From Verrucomicrobiota bacterium (GTDB lineage Bacteria > Verrucomicrobiota > Verrucomicrobiia > Limisphaerales > SXQI01), in contig JANRLX010000129.1 of NCBI GenBank assembly GCA_033762115.1, positions 16,638 to 80,637 on the forward strand: a stretch of DNA of 64,000 nucleotides. Direction: 5' to 3'. Position numbers and translations under genes: made by a program. Of the stretch, positions 49,313 to 59,774 are shown in pieces. The stretch's first letter is position 1. Each line of letters starts with the position of its first letter. Under the pieces are notes generated by a model that worked only from the letters and a program-made list of their open reading frames with translations, made no database searches and was not told the origin of the DNA.

Positions 49313-50538
49313 TGGTTTGGGTTTCACATCCAACCGGGAACACATTTGTTCGTGCGCTGCTTGCGCGGATGGAGAGCAGTGGTGTGCCATTTGAATTCCA
49401 TACTACTCTTGGAATTACGCGGCAAAACCTGCTGACGCGAGTAGGACCCGGGTCCATTCGTGGTGAAATGTCCCGACGGAGTTACGACCTCCCAGCAAAT
49501 CGACTCAAATCGAGATCGTTCCGTGAAATTGGACGACTCCTTTCAACTCGCCTTGGAGTTCGTTCATTGACCCGGCATGAAAGCGGAATTTTTTCGGTTG
49601 ATGCAATTTACCAGGATCTTGATCGATCAGTGGCACGAAAAATTGGTGGAGCAGAAAATGTCTCCACCGTTTATGCGTATGAAGATGGGGCTTTAGCCAC
49701 GTTTCAGGCAGCGAGGAAGCGAGGAATTCAAACGGTTTACGAACTTCCCATCGCCTATTGGGAAACATTGCAGAAATTATTGCATGAAGAAGCCGAACGA
49801 TTGCCGGAATGGGAACCTACTCTCATAGGCACTCGGGATTCCCGGGCAAAGCTCGAAAGAAAAACCGAAGAGGCAACGCTTGCGGAGGTGGTGGTCACCC
49901 CCAGCAAATTCGTCCATGATTCGATTCCGCCTGCAATACGACAGCGTAAAAAGTGCATTGTGGCTCCGTTTGGATCGCCATTGATTCCTGAAATGACTCC
50001 ACGCACTTCGCGCAAAGGCCCGCTCAGGGTCCTCTTTGCAGGCTCAATGTCGCAACGAAAAGGTCTTGCCGATCTTTTCGCCGCTGCCCGTTTATTGAAG
50101 CGTTCAGATGTTGAAATAATCGTCATGGGGTCCCTTTTGTCTCCAATCGAGTTCTACAAGCGTTATTTCCCGCAGTTCATCTATGAACCGACGCGCCCAC
50201 ATGCCGAGGTTTTAAAATTGATGGTGAGTTGTGATATCATGGCACTTCCATCCATTGTGGAAGGACGTGCGCTGGTTCAGCAGGAAGCGATGAGTTGCGG
50301 TTTGCCTTTATTGGTGACGCCGAATGCAGGTGGCGAGGATTTGATCGAAGAAGGTAAAACCGGATTTCTTGTTCCGATTCGCTCCCCTGAAATAATCGCC
50401 GAAAAACTGAACTGGTTTGCCGATCATCGTGAGATGATTCCGCAAATGGGAGAGTATGCCCGTCAGAAAGCTGCAACTTATACATGGGAACGCTATGCTG
50501 ATTTGATTCTGAAAGGTCTGAAAGAGGATGGACGCTAA
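49312..50538 (+). CDS. Glycosyltransferase family 4
   Basis: QRKG, PSIVEG....EAMSCGLP. Confidence 0.9.
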   Translation: MVWVSHPTGNTFVRALLARMESSGVPFEFHTTLGITRQNLLTRVGPGSIRGEMSRRSYDLPANRLKSRSFREIGRLLSTRLGVRSLTRHESGIFSVDAIYQDLDRSVARKIGGAENVSTVYAYEDGALATFQAARKRGIQTVYELPIAYWETLQKLLHEEAERLPEWEPTLIGTRDSRAKLERKTEEATLAEVVVTPSKFVHDSIPPAIRQRKKCIVAPFGSPLIPEMTPRTSRKGPLRVLFAGSMSQRKGLADLFAAARLLKRSDVEIIVMGSLLSPIEFYKRYFPQFIYEPTRPHAEVLKLMVSCDIMALPSIVEGRALVQQEAMSCGLPLLVTPNAGGEDLIEEGKTGFLVPIRSPEIIAEKLNWFADHREMIPQMGEYARQKAATYTWERYADLILKGLKEDGR

Positions 50539-51874
50539 AGGAGCATTAAAAGTTCTGATCTGGTCCTATTTGTTTTTCCTTATTTTTGAGGGGGCCCTCA
50601 GAAAGTGGATTCTACCGGGATTGTCCAGCGTGTTATTGGTCGTTCGCGATCCGATTGTCCTGGCAATTTACGTTCTCGCATTTGCGTCCGGGCTGTTTCC
50701 GCTGACGCCGCCTGTCATCCTGATTCTCGCCCTCGGAATGATTACCGCAGCCATGTCAGTCCTGGGCATCGCGACCGTTCCGGTAATTCTCTACGGTTTC
50801 AGGTGTAACTTCCTGCATCTTCCCTTGATTTTTTTATTTCCAAAGGTCCTCGACCTTGCGGACGTCAAGAGAATGGGACAGGTGCTGCTTGTTGTGGGAA
50901 TTCCAATGGCGTTGCTGATGGCATTGCAATTTAAAGCAGGACGAGAGTCATGGCTCAATATCGGGGCAGGGGGAGTCGGCGGTCAATTGGACAGCGCGAT
51001 GGGGAAAGTCCGTGCTTCGGGAACATTCAGCTTTATCAGCGGCCCAATTTATTTTTATTCACTTATCGCGGCATTCCTTTGCCTGTCACAGGTCTCCAAA
51101 GTGGCTCCAGTCTGGGTAATCTTTCCTTCTGCGGCAGCCCTGATTGTAGCGGCGGCGGCTTCTGGAAGCAGGTCACTGTTGGGGGGCATTGCGATTGTTA
51201 TAGTCAGCTTTTTCACAGGGATGCTGCTTTATCCAAAAGCCATTGTGAAAGGTGTAAAATTGATGATTATCGGAATGCTGGCCTTTGCGGTGGCGAGCAG
51301 CCTTGGCATTTACAAGGAGGCAAGCGACACCACCAAGGAACGAATTGAAATGGCCAGCAGTTACGAAGGAGGATTCGAAGGGTTGCTGGAGCGGTATCTC
51401 GGCACGTTTTTAAACCCCTTAAAAAATCTCGGCACCGCTCCATTGTTTGGATATGGGCTTGGGACCGGCACCAACGCGGGTGCGGCGCTTCTTGGCGCCC
51501 AGGGCGCTTTCATTCTTGGAGAGGATGAATGGGGACGTATCATCATGGAGGCAGGGCCGCTTTTTGGATTGGCTTATATTTTTTTGCGGGTCGGTCTTTT
51601 TCTTTACTTTTTGTTTATTGGCCTGGTGGCAACCCGCTCAGGGAATCTTTATCCGCTCGTACTATTTGGCGCGGGCGGCCTCAATATCATGAGTGGACAG
51701 TTTGGACAGCCAACGACACTGGGCTTTGCTGTGTTTACAGGCGGGCTTGTCCTTGCCGCGAGAAATATTCCTTTGAATGATCAAAAGCCGCCGACATTGC
51801 CTCAAAGCTCTGTTTCGCATGAACCAATTCCCAACCTGAAAAAGGTCGGTGCTTTTACAGTGCGTCCGGATTGA
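50528..51874 (+). CDS. Wzy/ligase-like polytopic membrane protein
   Basis: About 11 TM segments, IFEGALRKW, RASGTFSF, SGSR, GYGLG.GTN, E.EW.R...E.G. Confidence 0.7.
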   Translation: MDAKGALKVLIWSYLFFLIFEGALRKWILPGLSSVLLVVRDPIVLAIYVLAFASGLFPLTPPVILILALGMITAAMSVLGIATVPVILYGFRCNFLHLPLIFLFPKVLDLADVKRMGQVLLVVGIPMALLMALQFKAGRESWLNIGAGGVGGQLDSAMGKVRASGTFSFISGPIYFYSLIAAFLCLSQVSKVAPVWVIFPSAAALIVAAAASGSRSLLGGIAIVIVSFFTGMLLYPKAIVKGVKLMIIGMLAFAVASSLGIYKEASDTTKERIEMASSYEGGFEGLLERYLGTFLNPLKNLGTAPLFGYGLGTGTNAGAALLGAQGAFILGEDEWGRIIMEAGPLFGLAYIFLRVGLFLYFLFIGLVATRSGNLYPLVLFGAGGLNIMSGQFGQPTTLGFAVFTGGLVLAARNIPLNDQKPPTLPQSSVSHEPIPNLKKVGAFTVRPD

Positions 51875-53031
51875 ATACTTCATCTCCACAGATAATTCTG
51901 GTTGGCAACTACCCTCCGGACCGTCAGGAAAGCATGCTGCGGTTTTCCAAATTGCTGCTTTCAAAACTCCCTTCCCAGGGGCTTGCAGTCGATCATCTCG
52001 CTCCCGAGCAATGCCTGACCCGATTTGCCGCGAACCAAAAGAGCTTGTTTAAATGGTTCGGTTACGTTGATAAATTCATTCTCTTTCCGAGAAGATTGCG
52101 GACCTTTCTTCGTCAATCACTGACACATGGCAAAAATCCGATTGTTCATATTTGTGATCATTCCAATGCGATGTATTCCAAAAGCGCCGCTGGATTTTCC
52201 ATTTCGGTGACAACCTGTCATGACATGCTTGCAGTGCTCGGGGCGCTTGGCCGTGAACCGGATTGTCCAGCTTCCACCACTGGTCGATATTTGCAAAAAT
52301 GGATTTTAAACGGACTTGCCTCAAGCAGGCATGTGGTTTGCGTTTCCAATAATACGCGTCGAGATTTGGAGGAGTTGCTGCCTTCCTCGCCTCGACCGGA
52401 ACTCCATACCGTTTACAACGGGCTTAATCATTCCTATTCTCCGATGCAACCCGAGGAATCACAGCGCTTGATGAAATCTGCCGGCGCAAAGATTTCATCT
52501 CCGTTTCTTCTTCACGTGGGCTCAGGGCAGCCTCGAAAAAATCGTGAAACCATTCTCAAGGTTTTTGCGCAGGTGCGTGAACGCTATCCGGCTCAGATGG
52601 TTTTTGCGGGATCACCTTTGACAGATTCTCAATCGAAGCTCGCGACCGATCTTAAAATCTCCGAATTTGTCCGTGAAGTGGTCAGTCCCTCCAACGAGTT
52701 ATTGAATGCCCTTTATTCAGAAGCTTTGGCGCTACTCTTTCCCTCCAGGTCAGAAGGTTTCGGATGGCCAATCATTGAAGCCCAGGCCTCTGGTTGTCCT
52801 GTGGTTACTTCAAATCGTACTTCAATTCCTGAAATTGTCCTGGACACTGGATTAACCGCAGAGCCGGATGATGTGGCAACCTTGACGGAACATTGTCTTA
52901 CGCTGACAAAGCTCGAAACCAGAAACCGTTACCGCGGACTGGGTTTGCAGAATGCATTGCGCTTTACCACAGATTCAATGATCGAAGGTTATATTCACGT
53001 GTATCGGGCAGCCGCTGCGCAGAAGCGATGA
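51871..53031 (+). CDS. Glycosyltransferase family 4
   Basis: TCHD, RKN, SEGFGWPIIEAQASGCPV. Confidence 0.9.
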   Translation: MNTSSPQIILVGNYPPDRQESMLRFSKLLLSKLPSQGLAVDHLAPEQCLTRFAANQKSLFKWFGYVDKFILFPRRLRTFLRQSLTHGKNPIVHICDHSNAMYSKSAAGFSISVTTCHDMLAVLGALGREPDCPASTTGRYLQKWILNGLASSRHVVCVSNNTRRDLEELLPSSPRPELHTVYNGLNHSYSPMQPEESQRLMKSAGAKISSPFLLHVGSGQPRKNRETILKVFAQVRERYPAQMVFAGSPLTDSQSKLATDLKISEFVREVVSPSNELLNALYSEALALLFPSRSEGFGWPIIEAQASGCPVVTSNRTSIPEIVLDTGLTAEPDDVATLTEHCLTLTKLETRNRYRGLGLQNALRFTTDSMIEGYIHVYRAAAAQKR

Positions 53032-53693
53032 AGAAACTTTTAGCATTGCTGACCTTGTTTCTCCCCTGGGGTTTGCGAAGGTTCATTCTTCAGCGGTATT
53101 ATGGCTATCAGATTCATCCCACTGCGAAAATTGGCTTGGCCTGGATTTTTCCTGAACAATTGATTATGAAGGAATTCTCCAGCATTGGTCACCTCACCGT
53201 GTGCAAGAGTTTATCGCTTCTTTCAATGGGGGCGCACTCCCATCTTGGACGGGGCAACTGGGTGACGGGTTATCCGAAGGCCGGTCGTGAATTCTTTACA
53301 GCGGAACCGGATAGAGTTCCTGAGCTGATTATTGGAGACCATTCAGCAATCACGAATCGGCATATTATCGATTGTACCAATTCGATCCGAATCGGGAGAT
53401 TCACCACCATGGCAGGATTTCGTTCACAAATTCTCACCCACAGCATTGACCTGCTGCAATCACGGCAGGCATCCGCGCCTGTAAAAATTGGTGATTATTG
53501 CTTTTTGGGAACTGACTGCGTCGTTCTTGGAGGAAGTGTTCTCCCTGATTATTGTGTGCTGGGGGCGAAATCGCTCCTGCGCAATTCATTTGAGCAGCCC
53601 AGATATCTCTACGCTGGCGTTCCTGCGCGGCCAGTTAAACCAATGGATTCAAGCATCAAGTATTTTGAACGAACCACTGGCTTCGTTTATTGA
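53028..53693 (+). CDS. Hexapeptide-repeat (LbH) acyltransferase
   Basis: ILTHS, VKIGDYCFLG, AGVPA. Confidence 0.85.
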   Translation: MKKLLALLTLFLPWGLRRFILQRYYGYQIHPTAKIGLAWIFPEQLIMKEFSSIGHLTVCKSLSLLSMGAHSHLGRGNWVTGYPKAGREFFTAEPDRVPELIIGDHSAITNRHIIDCTNSIRIGRFTTMAGFRSQILTHSIDLLQSRQASAPVKIGDYCFLGTDCVVLGGSVLPDYCVLGAKSLLRNSFEQPRYLYAGVPARPVKPMDSSIKYFERTTGFVY

Positions 53694-53696
53694 CCT

Positions 53697-54875
53697 TTGA
53701 AAATCCTGCACATATTGCGGTCCTCCAATCCCAAAGGCGGTGGAGTCTGGGAAGCTGTCCGACAGCTTAGCCACGCCCAGGTTCAGGCAGGGCATGAAAT
53801 CACGATTATCACTCTGGATGACCCAGCCAGCCCGTATGAATCTTCGGGGTTACGTTTGATCAAGGCAGGGGTGGGACTCAGCCATAAATATGGTTACCAT
53901 CCAAAATTCAAAGCTGTCCTTGCTGAGCTTGTTGCCCAGCATGATTCTTTTGTCGTGCATGGTCTCTGGCAATATCACGGCTATGCAGCCCGCCAGGTGC
54001 TTCGTTCCGCCCGGCAACCTTATGTGATCTATCCTCACGGGATGCTTGATCCGTGGTTTAAACGAAACTATCCATTTAAGCATTTAAAGAAGCTTTTCTA
54101 TTGGTTTTGGGGTGAGTACCCGGTGCTTAGGGATGCCGCACAGGTTATTTTTACAAGCGAAGAGGAACGCAAAGCATCCCGAAACTCTTTCAGGCCTTAT
54201 AAAGTCAATGAAGTGATTATTCCCCTGGGATTAAAGTGTCCAAATCTGGATCCCATCAACACACGAAATCGTTTTTTTACCGACCATCCGGAAACAGTTG
54301 GCAAAAAGCTTCTCCTCTTTTTAGGTCGCCTGCATGAAAAAAAGGGATGTGACCTCTTATTGCACGCCTTTGCCAGAAATTGCCGCGGAACTGATTGGAC
54401 GCTGCTTATGGTGGGGCCGGGCCTGGAAGATTATTCTCAAAAGCTTCGAGTCCTGGCAGTTTCTCTTGGCATCGAAAAGCAAATCCTATGGCTTGGCATG
54501 CTCATGGGTGAGCCAAAATGGGCAACCTTCCACGCAGCGGACGCTTTTATTCTTCCATCGCATCAGGAGAATTTTGCAATTGCCGTTGTGGAGGCGCTCT
54601 CCTGCGGCGTTCCAGTGCTGATTTCAAATAAAGTCAATATCTGGCGGGAAATACAGGATGGTGGTGCAGGTTTCGTGGAGGAGGATACCCTGGAAGGCAC
54701 GGAGCGTCTGATTCAAGCCTGGCAACAGGCGGATGTTCCCACACGTGAAACATTGAAACAAAAAGCCCGGTCACTTTACCTGGAACGGTTTCAGGTTGAA
54801 ACAGCCGCAGCCAGCCTGGTCAATCTCTTGACTGGCAACATGGCCCGCAATTCCAGTAAAAATCGAGTTCGATGA
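53697..54875 (+). CDS. Glycosyltransferase family 4
   Basis: HGLW, PHGMLDPW, GRLHEKKG, PSHQENFAIAVVEAL. Confidence 0.92.
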   Translation: MKILHILRSSNPKGGGVWEAVRQLSHAQVQAGHEITIITLDDPASPYESSGLRLIKAGVGLSHKYGYHPKFKAVLAELVAQHDSFVVHGLWQYHGYAARQVLRSARQPYVIYPHGMLDPWFKRNYPFKHLKKLFYWFWGEYPVLRDAAQVIFTSEEERKASRNSFRPYKVNEVIIPLGLKCPNLDPINTRNRFFTDHPETVGKKLLLFLGRLHEKKGCDLLLHAFARNCRGTDWTLLMVGPGLEDYSQKLRVLAVSLGIEKQILWLGMLMGEPKWATFHAADAFILPSHQENFAIAVVEALSCGVPVLISNKVNIWREIQDGGAGFVEEDTLEGTERLIQAWQQADVPTRETLKQKARSLYLERFQVETAAASLVNLLTGNMARNSSKNRVR

Positions 54876-54908
54876 ACATTTTCCTTCCCATACTCAGCCC
54901 AATTTCTT

Positions 54909-55493
54909 ATGCCTAGAGGTGAACGCTCAGCATATCGTGCTGATGGGGATGCGTTTGTCGGGCCCAGTTTTTCCCTTTCAAACCGTCTTGGAAGAGTGAT
55001 TTGGCAATTTGTATATCTTCTATTTTTCAGATTCAGTCCCAGGCCTCTGCACGGCTGGCGCGTTTTTCTCTTGCGCCTTTTTGGGGCGAAAATGGGTCGT
55101 GATTGCCACATTTATCCAGCGGCGATTATCTGGGCTCCATGGAACCTGATTTGTGGAAACGAAGTGGGGGTTGCTCAAAACGCCATTCTCTACAATCAGG
55201 CCCTCATCACTCTTGGAAACCGGGCGGTAATTTCCCAGGGCGCACATCTGTGCACTGGAACGCATGATTATGAGGACGCCGGGTTTCCATTGGTGGCCTA
55301 TCCAATTACAGTTGGTGACCATGCATGGGTCGCAGCTGAAGCATTCATTCATCCTGGAGTTTCCATCGGCATCGGCACGGTCATAGGTGCTCGCTCGGTC
55401 GTCACAAAAGATACCCCTGAATGGATGGTTTGTGGCGGGCATCCTTGTAAACCGATCAAGCCTCGGCAGCTTCGTCCTCCAGCGTTCAAATGA
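54909..55493 (+). CDS. wcaF: WcaF-like polysaccharide acetyltransferase
   Basis: LRLFGA, WAPWNL, SQGAHLCTGTHDY. Confidence 0.85.
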   Translation: MPRGERSAYRADGDAFVGPSFSLSNRLGRVIWQFVYLLFFRFSPRPLHGWRVFLLRLFGAKMGRDCHIYPAAIIWAPWNLICGNEVGVAQNAILYNQALITLGNRAVISQGAHLCTGTHDYEDAGFPLVAYPITVGDHAWVAAEAFIHPGVSIGIGTVIGARSVVTKDTPEWMVCGGHPCKPIKPRQLRPPAFK

Positions 55494-56320
55494 TATCGGT
55501 CATCATATTGACTCATAACGAAGAAGCAGATCTTCCAGCTTGCCTTCAGGCATTGGCTTGGTGCGATGACCTCCATGTTGTGGATTCCGGAAGCACGGAT
55601 CGAACCCGTGAAATTGCTGCTTCATTTGGGGCTTGCGTGGAACAGCATCCCTTTGAAAGTTTTGGAAAGCAAAGAAATTGGGCGCTGGATCATTGCAAGA
55701 TCAAGCACCCGTGGATTCTCTTTTTGGATGCCGATGAGGTTTGTACACCTGAATTCCTCCAGGCAATTAAATCCGCAGTGCAATCAGCTCCTGAATTGAT
55801 TGCAGGGTATTATTGCTGCTGGAAATTCATTTATCAGGGGGTATGGTTGAAACGGTGCGATTCCTTTCCGCGCTGGCAATTTCGGTTGGTCAAAGTTGGA
55901 AAAGCCCGTTTTACTGACGCAGGGCATGGTCAAAAGGAATCGGAAGTTCAAGGGACGATCGAGTATATCCGTGAACCTTATCTTCACTATGCAATGAGCA
56001 AAGGGGTTCGTCACTGGATCACCCGCCATAATAAATATTCCGATCAGGAAGCAATTTATCGAACGAATGCCAATCCTCGTTGGAAGGATCTTTTTAGCTC
56101 CCATACAAGCATCCGGAATCAGGCATTGAAACCCATCCTTACGAAAATTCCAGGATGGCCCGTTCTCCGTTTTGTCTGGGCCTATTTCGTCAAAGGTGGG
56201 TTCCTGGAAGGTAGGCCCGGTCTGATTTACTGCGTGAATATCGCTTACTATGAATTTTTGATTAAGGTGAAAATCAGCGAAGGGGTTTTCCAGAACGGTT
56301 CTGGAAAAAAAACATTGTGA
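55490..56320 (+). CDS. Glycosyltransferase family 2
   Basis: ILTHNEE, DSGSTD, QRNWAL, LDADE, GFLEG. Confidence 0.92.
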   Translation: MISVIILTHNEEADLPACLQALAWCDDLHVVDSGSTDRTREIAASFGACVEQHPFESFGKQRNWALDHCKIKHPWILFLDADEVCTPEFLQAIKSAVQSAPELIAGYYCCWKFIYQGVWLKRCDSFPRWQFRLVKVGKARFTDAGHGQKESEVQGTIEYIREPYLHYAMSKGVRHWITRHNKYSDQEAIYRTNANPRWKDLFSSHTSIRNQALKPILTKIPGWPVLRFVWAYFVKGGFLEGRPGLIYCVNIAYYEFLIKVKISEGVFQNGSGKKTL

Positions 56321-57312
56321 CGCTGTCTGTTTTCATACCTACCTATAATCGTCCTGCTTTGCTCAGGAGAGCGATTCAAAGTTGTTTGGACCAAACGACC
56401 TTGCCTGAAGAAATTATTGTGGTTGATAACGGGACCAATCCCCAGACCAGGGCAGTGGTCGAATCATTTTCGGGAACTCCTCTTGTCATCAGGTATCTTA
56501 CGAGTCCTCTTTTCAATTTTCGTGCGGCTCTCTCGACCGGAATATCAAATTTAAAATCTGACTGGGCCATCAATCTTGATGATGATGATTTTTTACTCCC
56601 GTGGAGAATCGAAAATGATCTGAAGCTGCTGCAAACCATTCCGAATGATGTCATCCTGGTCGCGCATCATTTTGCGCGGGTCGATTACAAGAATGAAGTG
56701 GTCTGGGTACATGAACTCGACCAAGAAAAAATTAATCTTTTCCATGTCCTGGCCTTCGAAGGGCTCGGCCCTCCAGCATCGACAACCATTCGGACCAACC
56801 TCTTGAAGGCGCATCATCCATTCGACCTCGGCGAGGGCAATAGTGATTATGATTTGTATTGCTCAATTCTGCCGCATGGAAAATCGATGATGGCGGATTC
56901 TTATGGATATATCATGGATGACACCCGCACAGGACTCCGGCGGACTGATGGAAATACGGGGCCTGTGGATCGCTTTAAATTGCAAATGGAACGTTACAAA
57001 CATTTGCTTCCCATCGCAGATCCACCGGATGGAGAGCGTTTGCGCTCCAAACAGGAAAGATTGATGACATTCTTCGTTGGAAAACATCTTTTTAACAAAG
57101 CGGCGAAGAATTATTTTAGTATGATCGTCCGTCATCCGATCATGTTCCTGATGGGAATGGTCTCACACTTGCGTCCTTATATGTCATTTTTACCGCTCCG
57201 ATTAACACCGAAAATCCACGGAGCCAGACAAATTAGCTTCGAACAATTCTCAAGAAATTATCCGGAACTGATGACGATTGTGGAAAAATATCGTTTGACC
57301 AGTAATGGTTGA
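56317..57312 (+). CDS. Glycosyltransferase family 2
   Basis: IPTYNR, VVDNG, LDDDD. Confidence 0.85.
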   Translation: MTLSVFIPTYNRPALLRRAIQSCLDQTTLPEEIIVVDNGTNPQTRAVVESFSGTPLVIRYLTSPLFNFRAALSTGISNLKSDWAINLDDDDFLLPWRIENDLKLLQTIPNDVILVAHHFARVDYKNEVVWVHELDQEKINLFHVLAFEGLGPPASTTIRTNLLKAHHPFDLGEGNSDYDLYCSILPHGKSMMADSYGYIMDDTRTGLRRTDGNTGPVDRFKLQMERYKHLLPIADPPDGERLRSKQERLMTFFVGKHLFNKAAKNYFSMIVRHPIMFLMGMVSHLRPYMSFLPLRLTPKIHGARQISFEQFSRNYPELMTIVEKYRLTSNG

Positions 57313-58363
57313 AAAAGAGCCATCTTCCTCTGCGGTGCCGAATCGAGTGCTGGGCTTGGATTCGATCCGCTTTTTCTGTGCTCTCTGGGTGTTGATGAGC
57401 CACAGGGCGCGTCCTCCATTTACAGAGGGTTTTGACCCGTCATCTCCCCTCGCGCAAAAAGTAAACGGTTTGGCATGGATGCTGGTGAGCGGGCCCGCGG
57501 CTGTGATCGTTTTTTTCATCATTTCAGGATTCTGCATTCATTTCCCGCAGCGGAACCTTGATCAATTCAACATTGGAAAATTTTTGGCGCGACGATATTT
57601 TCGTTTGGTTCCCCCCATGCTTGGAGCCATTGTCTTCAGCTGGGTGATCAAGGCAGATCTTCATGACCTCTCCAACACGGTACTGTGGTCTCTTTTTTGT
57701 GAGTTGATTTATTATTCGATCTATCCCTTGCTTTTTTTCGCCGCAAAACGAATCGGATGGCGCAATTTGTTTTATATTTCATTTGTAGCGGCTTTGGGTG
57801 TCGCATTGACCAAGCCCATCAGCACCACAGTTAATTATTCCGCCTACGGCTTGATGGGCAATTGGATCATTGGCCTGCCCTGCTGGCTGTTGGGTGTGCT
57901 TCTCGCCCAGAAATTTTCTCAACGTCCTGCGATGCCTGGTGAAATTTCCATCTGGCTGTGGAGAAGCAGCGCAATCGGGCTGGGTTGGGTGGCCAACACT
58001 CTCGCATTGCAACAAATCATTGGGCACCCATTCACGTTAAATTTTGTGGCCATCTTTGCCTTTTTTTGGTTGCAGCGGGAAATTGCGTGGTACACAACTC
58101 ACAAGCCAATCAAATTTTTCGAGTGGGCAGGGGAGTGGAGTTACTCGATCTACCTTGTGCATGTGCTCGCGTTCCATATGCTGAACCAGGCAAAAATTCC
58201 GATGTTTGGCTATGTCATGAATTGGCTGATTAAAATCACCTTTGCCTTGCTGGTCAGTTATATTTTTTACCGCATCATTGAAAAGCCAAGTCATTGGCTC
58301 GCCCGACGGTTGGTTGGCCGACCACAGCTTGTGCCTCACCAAAAGCTTCAAACTGTTTCCTGA
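57305..58363 (+). CDS. Acyltransferase family 3 (OafA-like)
   Basis: GLDSIR, V.VFFIISGF, LWSL..E, SYSIYLVH, IEKP. Confidence 0.92.
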   Translation: MVEKEPSSSAVPNRVLGLDSIRFFCALWVLMSHRARPPFTEGFDPSSPLAQKVNGLAWMLVSGPAAVIVFFIISGFCIHFPQRNLDQFNIGKFLARRYFRLVPPMLGAIVFSWVIKADLHDLSNTVLWSLFCELIYYSIYPLLFFAAKRIGWRNLFYISFVAALGVALTKPISTTVNYSAYGLMGNWIIGLPCWLLGVLLAQKFSQRPAMPGEISIWLWRSSAIGLGWVANTLALQQIIGHPFTLNFVAIFAFFWLQREIAWYTTHKPIKFFEWAGEWSYSIYLVHVLAFHMLNQAKIPMFGYVMNWLIKITFALLVSYIFYRIIEKPSHWLARRLVGRPQLVPHQKLQTVS

Positions 58364-58364
58364 C

Positions 58365-59768
58365 GTGCTTTTTAATTCCTGGACATTCCTGCTCTTCTTT
58401 GTGGTCGTCATGACCCTTTATTATCTGCTTCCTTTCAAGGCGCAGAATTGGATGCTCTTAATTGCCAGTTATGTTTTTTACGGGGCATGGGACTGGCGCT
58501 TTCTCGGACTTCTCGCACTCTCAACGACCATTGATTATTATCTCGGACATTTGCTTTATGCGACTCGCGAAGTCAGAGCGAAAAAGCGATTGATTGTCGT
58601 CAGTTGCATTATCAACCTCGGCATCCTCGGCTTCTTTAAATATTACAATTTTTTCATCGATTCAGCCGGGGCGTTCCTTCGCGGACTTGGGATCGAATTT
58701 GTTCCGCCATTTCTGCATGTGATTCTCCCCGTCGGTGTCTCGTTCTATACTTTCCAGAGCATGAGTTACACCATTGATATTTATCGTGGTCACCTCAAGC
58801 CGATTGAGGGGCTGCATAATTATGCCACTTTGGTTGCTTTCTTTCCCCAATTGGTTGCCGGTCCAATCGTTCGTCCTGTGGATCTCGGGCCTCAAATTCT
58901 TCGCCCGCGTCACGTCACCCGCACGCATTTGACTGAAGGGGCCTGGCTGATTCTATGGGGCTTTTTTAAGAAAGTTGTTGTCGCGGATAATCTGGCCCCT
59001 GTCGTGGATCGCGTCTTTTCCTCTCCTGTTCCAGTCAGTGGTGTTGAATGGATGTTGGCAGTCTATGCCTTTGCCTTTCAAATCTATGGTGATTTCAGCG
59101 GTTACACCGACATCGCTCGCGGGCTCGGGAAATGCATGGGGATTGAATTAAGTTTTAATTTTAATCTTCCCTACATCGCGACTAACCCTGCCGAATTTTG
59201 GAAACGCTGGCATATCAGCCTCTCCAGTTGGCTGCGTGACTACTTATATATCCCTTTGGGAGGAAATCGTGGAACTTCCCTGCAAACGTATCGAAACCTG
59301 ATGCTCACAATGCTTCTGGGTGGTCTCTGGCATGGGGCGGCCTGGAACTTCATTCTCTGGGGTGCGTATCAGGGTGCATTACTGGCAATTCACAGGGCCG
59401 TCTCCCGGGGAAAAGCTGCAAGCGACAGTTTCCTTTTAAAATCACTCAAAGTTTTTGGAATGTTTCAACTCACCTGTTTCGGGTGGTTTCTTTTCCGCGC
59501 GGGGAGCCTGGCCCAAATCAAGGAAGGATTGGTTGCTTTGGTGACAAACTTCACTTTTACCCAAAATGCTGCCTCGATGCTTTTTCCGATCCTCTTTTTT
59601 CCAGGAATCCTTTTCGCATTCGAGGCCTGGTTGCGTAATGTTGACAACCCTGCTACTCGTCCCGGTTGGAAACTGTTTTTCGGGCCGGCTACAGTCGGCA
59701 TTCTTTTGATTCTTATTATATTTTTCTCCCCGATCGAGAATGCCTCATTCTTATATTTCCAATTTTAA
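58365..59768 (+). CDS. MBOAT family O-acyltransferase (AlgI-like)
   Basis: LPVGVSFYTFQ, FFPQLVAGPI, DFSGYTD, FWKRWHISLS, GLWHGA. Confidence 0.94.
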   Translation: MLFNSWTFLLFFVVVMTLYYLLPFKAQNWMLLIASYVFYGAWDWRFLGLLALSTTIDYYLGHLLYATREVRAKKRLIVVSCIINLGILGFFKYYNFFIDSAGAFLRGLGIEFVPPFLHVILPVGVSFYTFQSMSYTIDIYRGHLKPIEGLHNYATLVAFFPQLVAGPIVRPVDLGPQILRPRHVTRTHLTEGAWLILWGFFKKVVVADNLAPVVDRVFSSPVPVSGVEWMLAVYAFAFQIYGDFSGYTDIARGLGKCMGIELSFNFNLPYIATNPAEFWKRWHISLSSWLRDYLYIPLGGNRGTSLQTYRNLMLTMLLGGLWHGAAWNFILWGAYQGALLAIHRAVSRGKAASDSFLLKSLKVFGMFQLTCFGWFLFRAGSLAQIKEGLVALVTNFTFTQNAASMLFPILFFPGILFAFEAWLRNVDNPATRPGWKLFFGPATVGILLILIIFFSPIENASFLYFQF

Positions 59769-59774
59769 GAGCAG

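Noticed and set aside
11598..55230. Other GGCGGTA near-matches (about 11598 and 55223) as ops sites
   Set aside because: They lack the final G of the core and are not in a glycan-operon leader.
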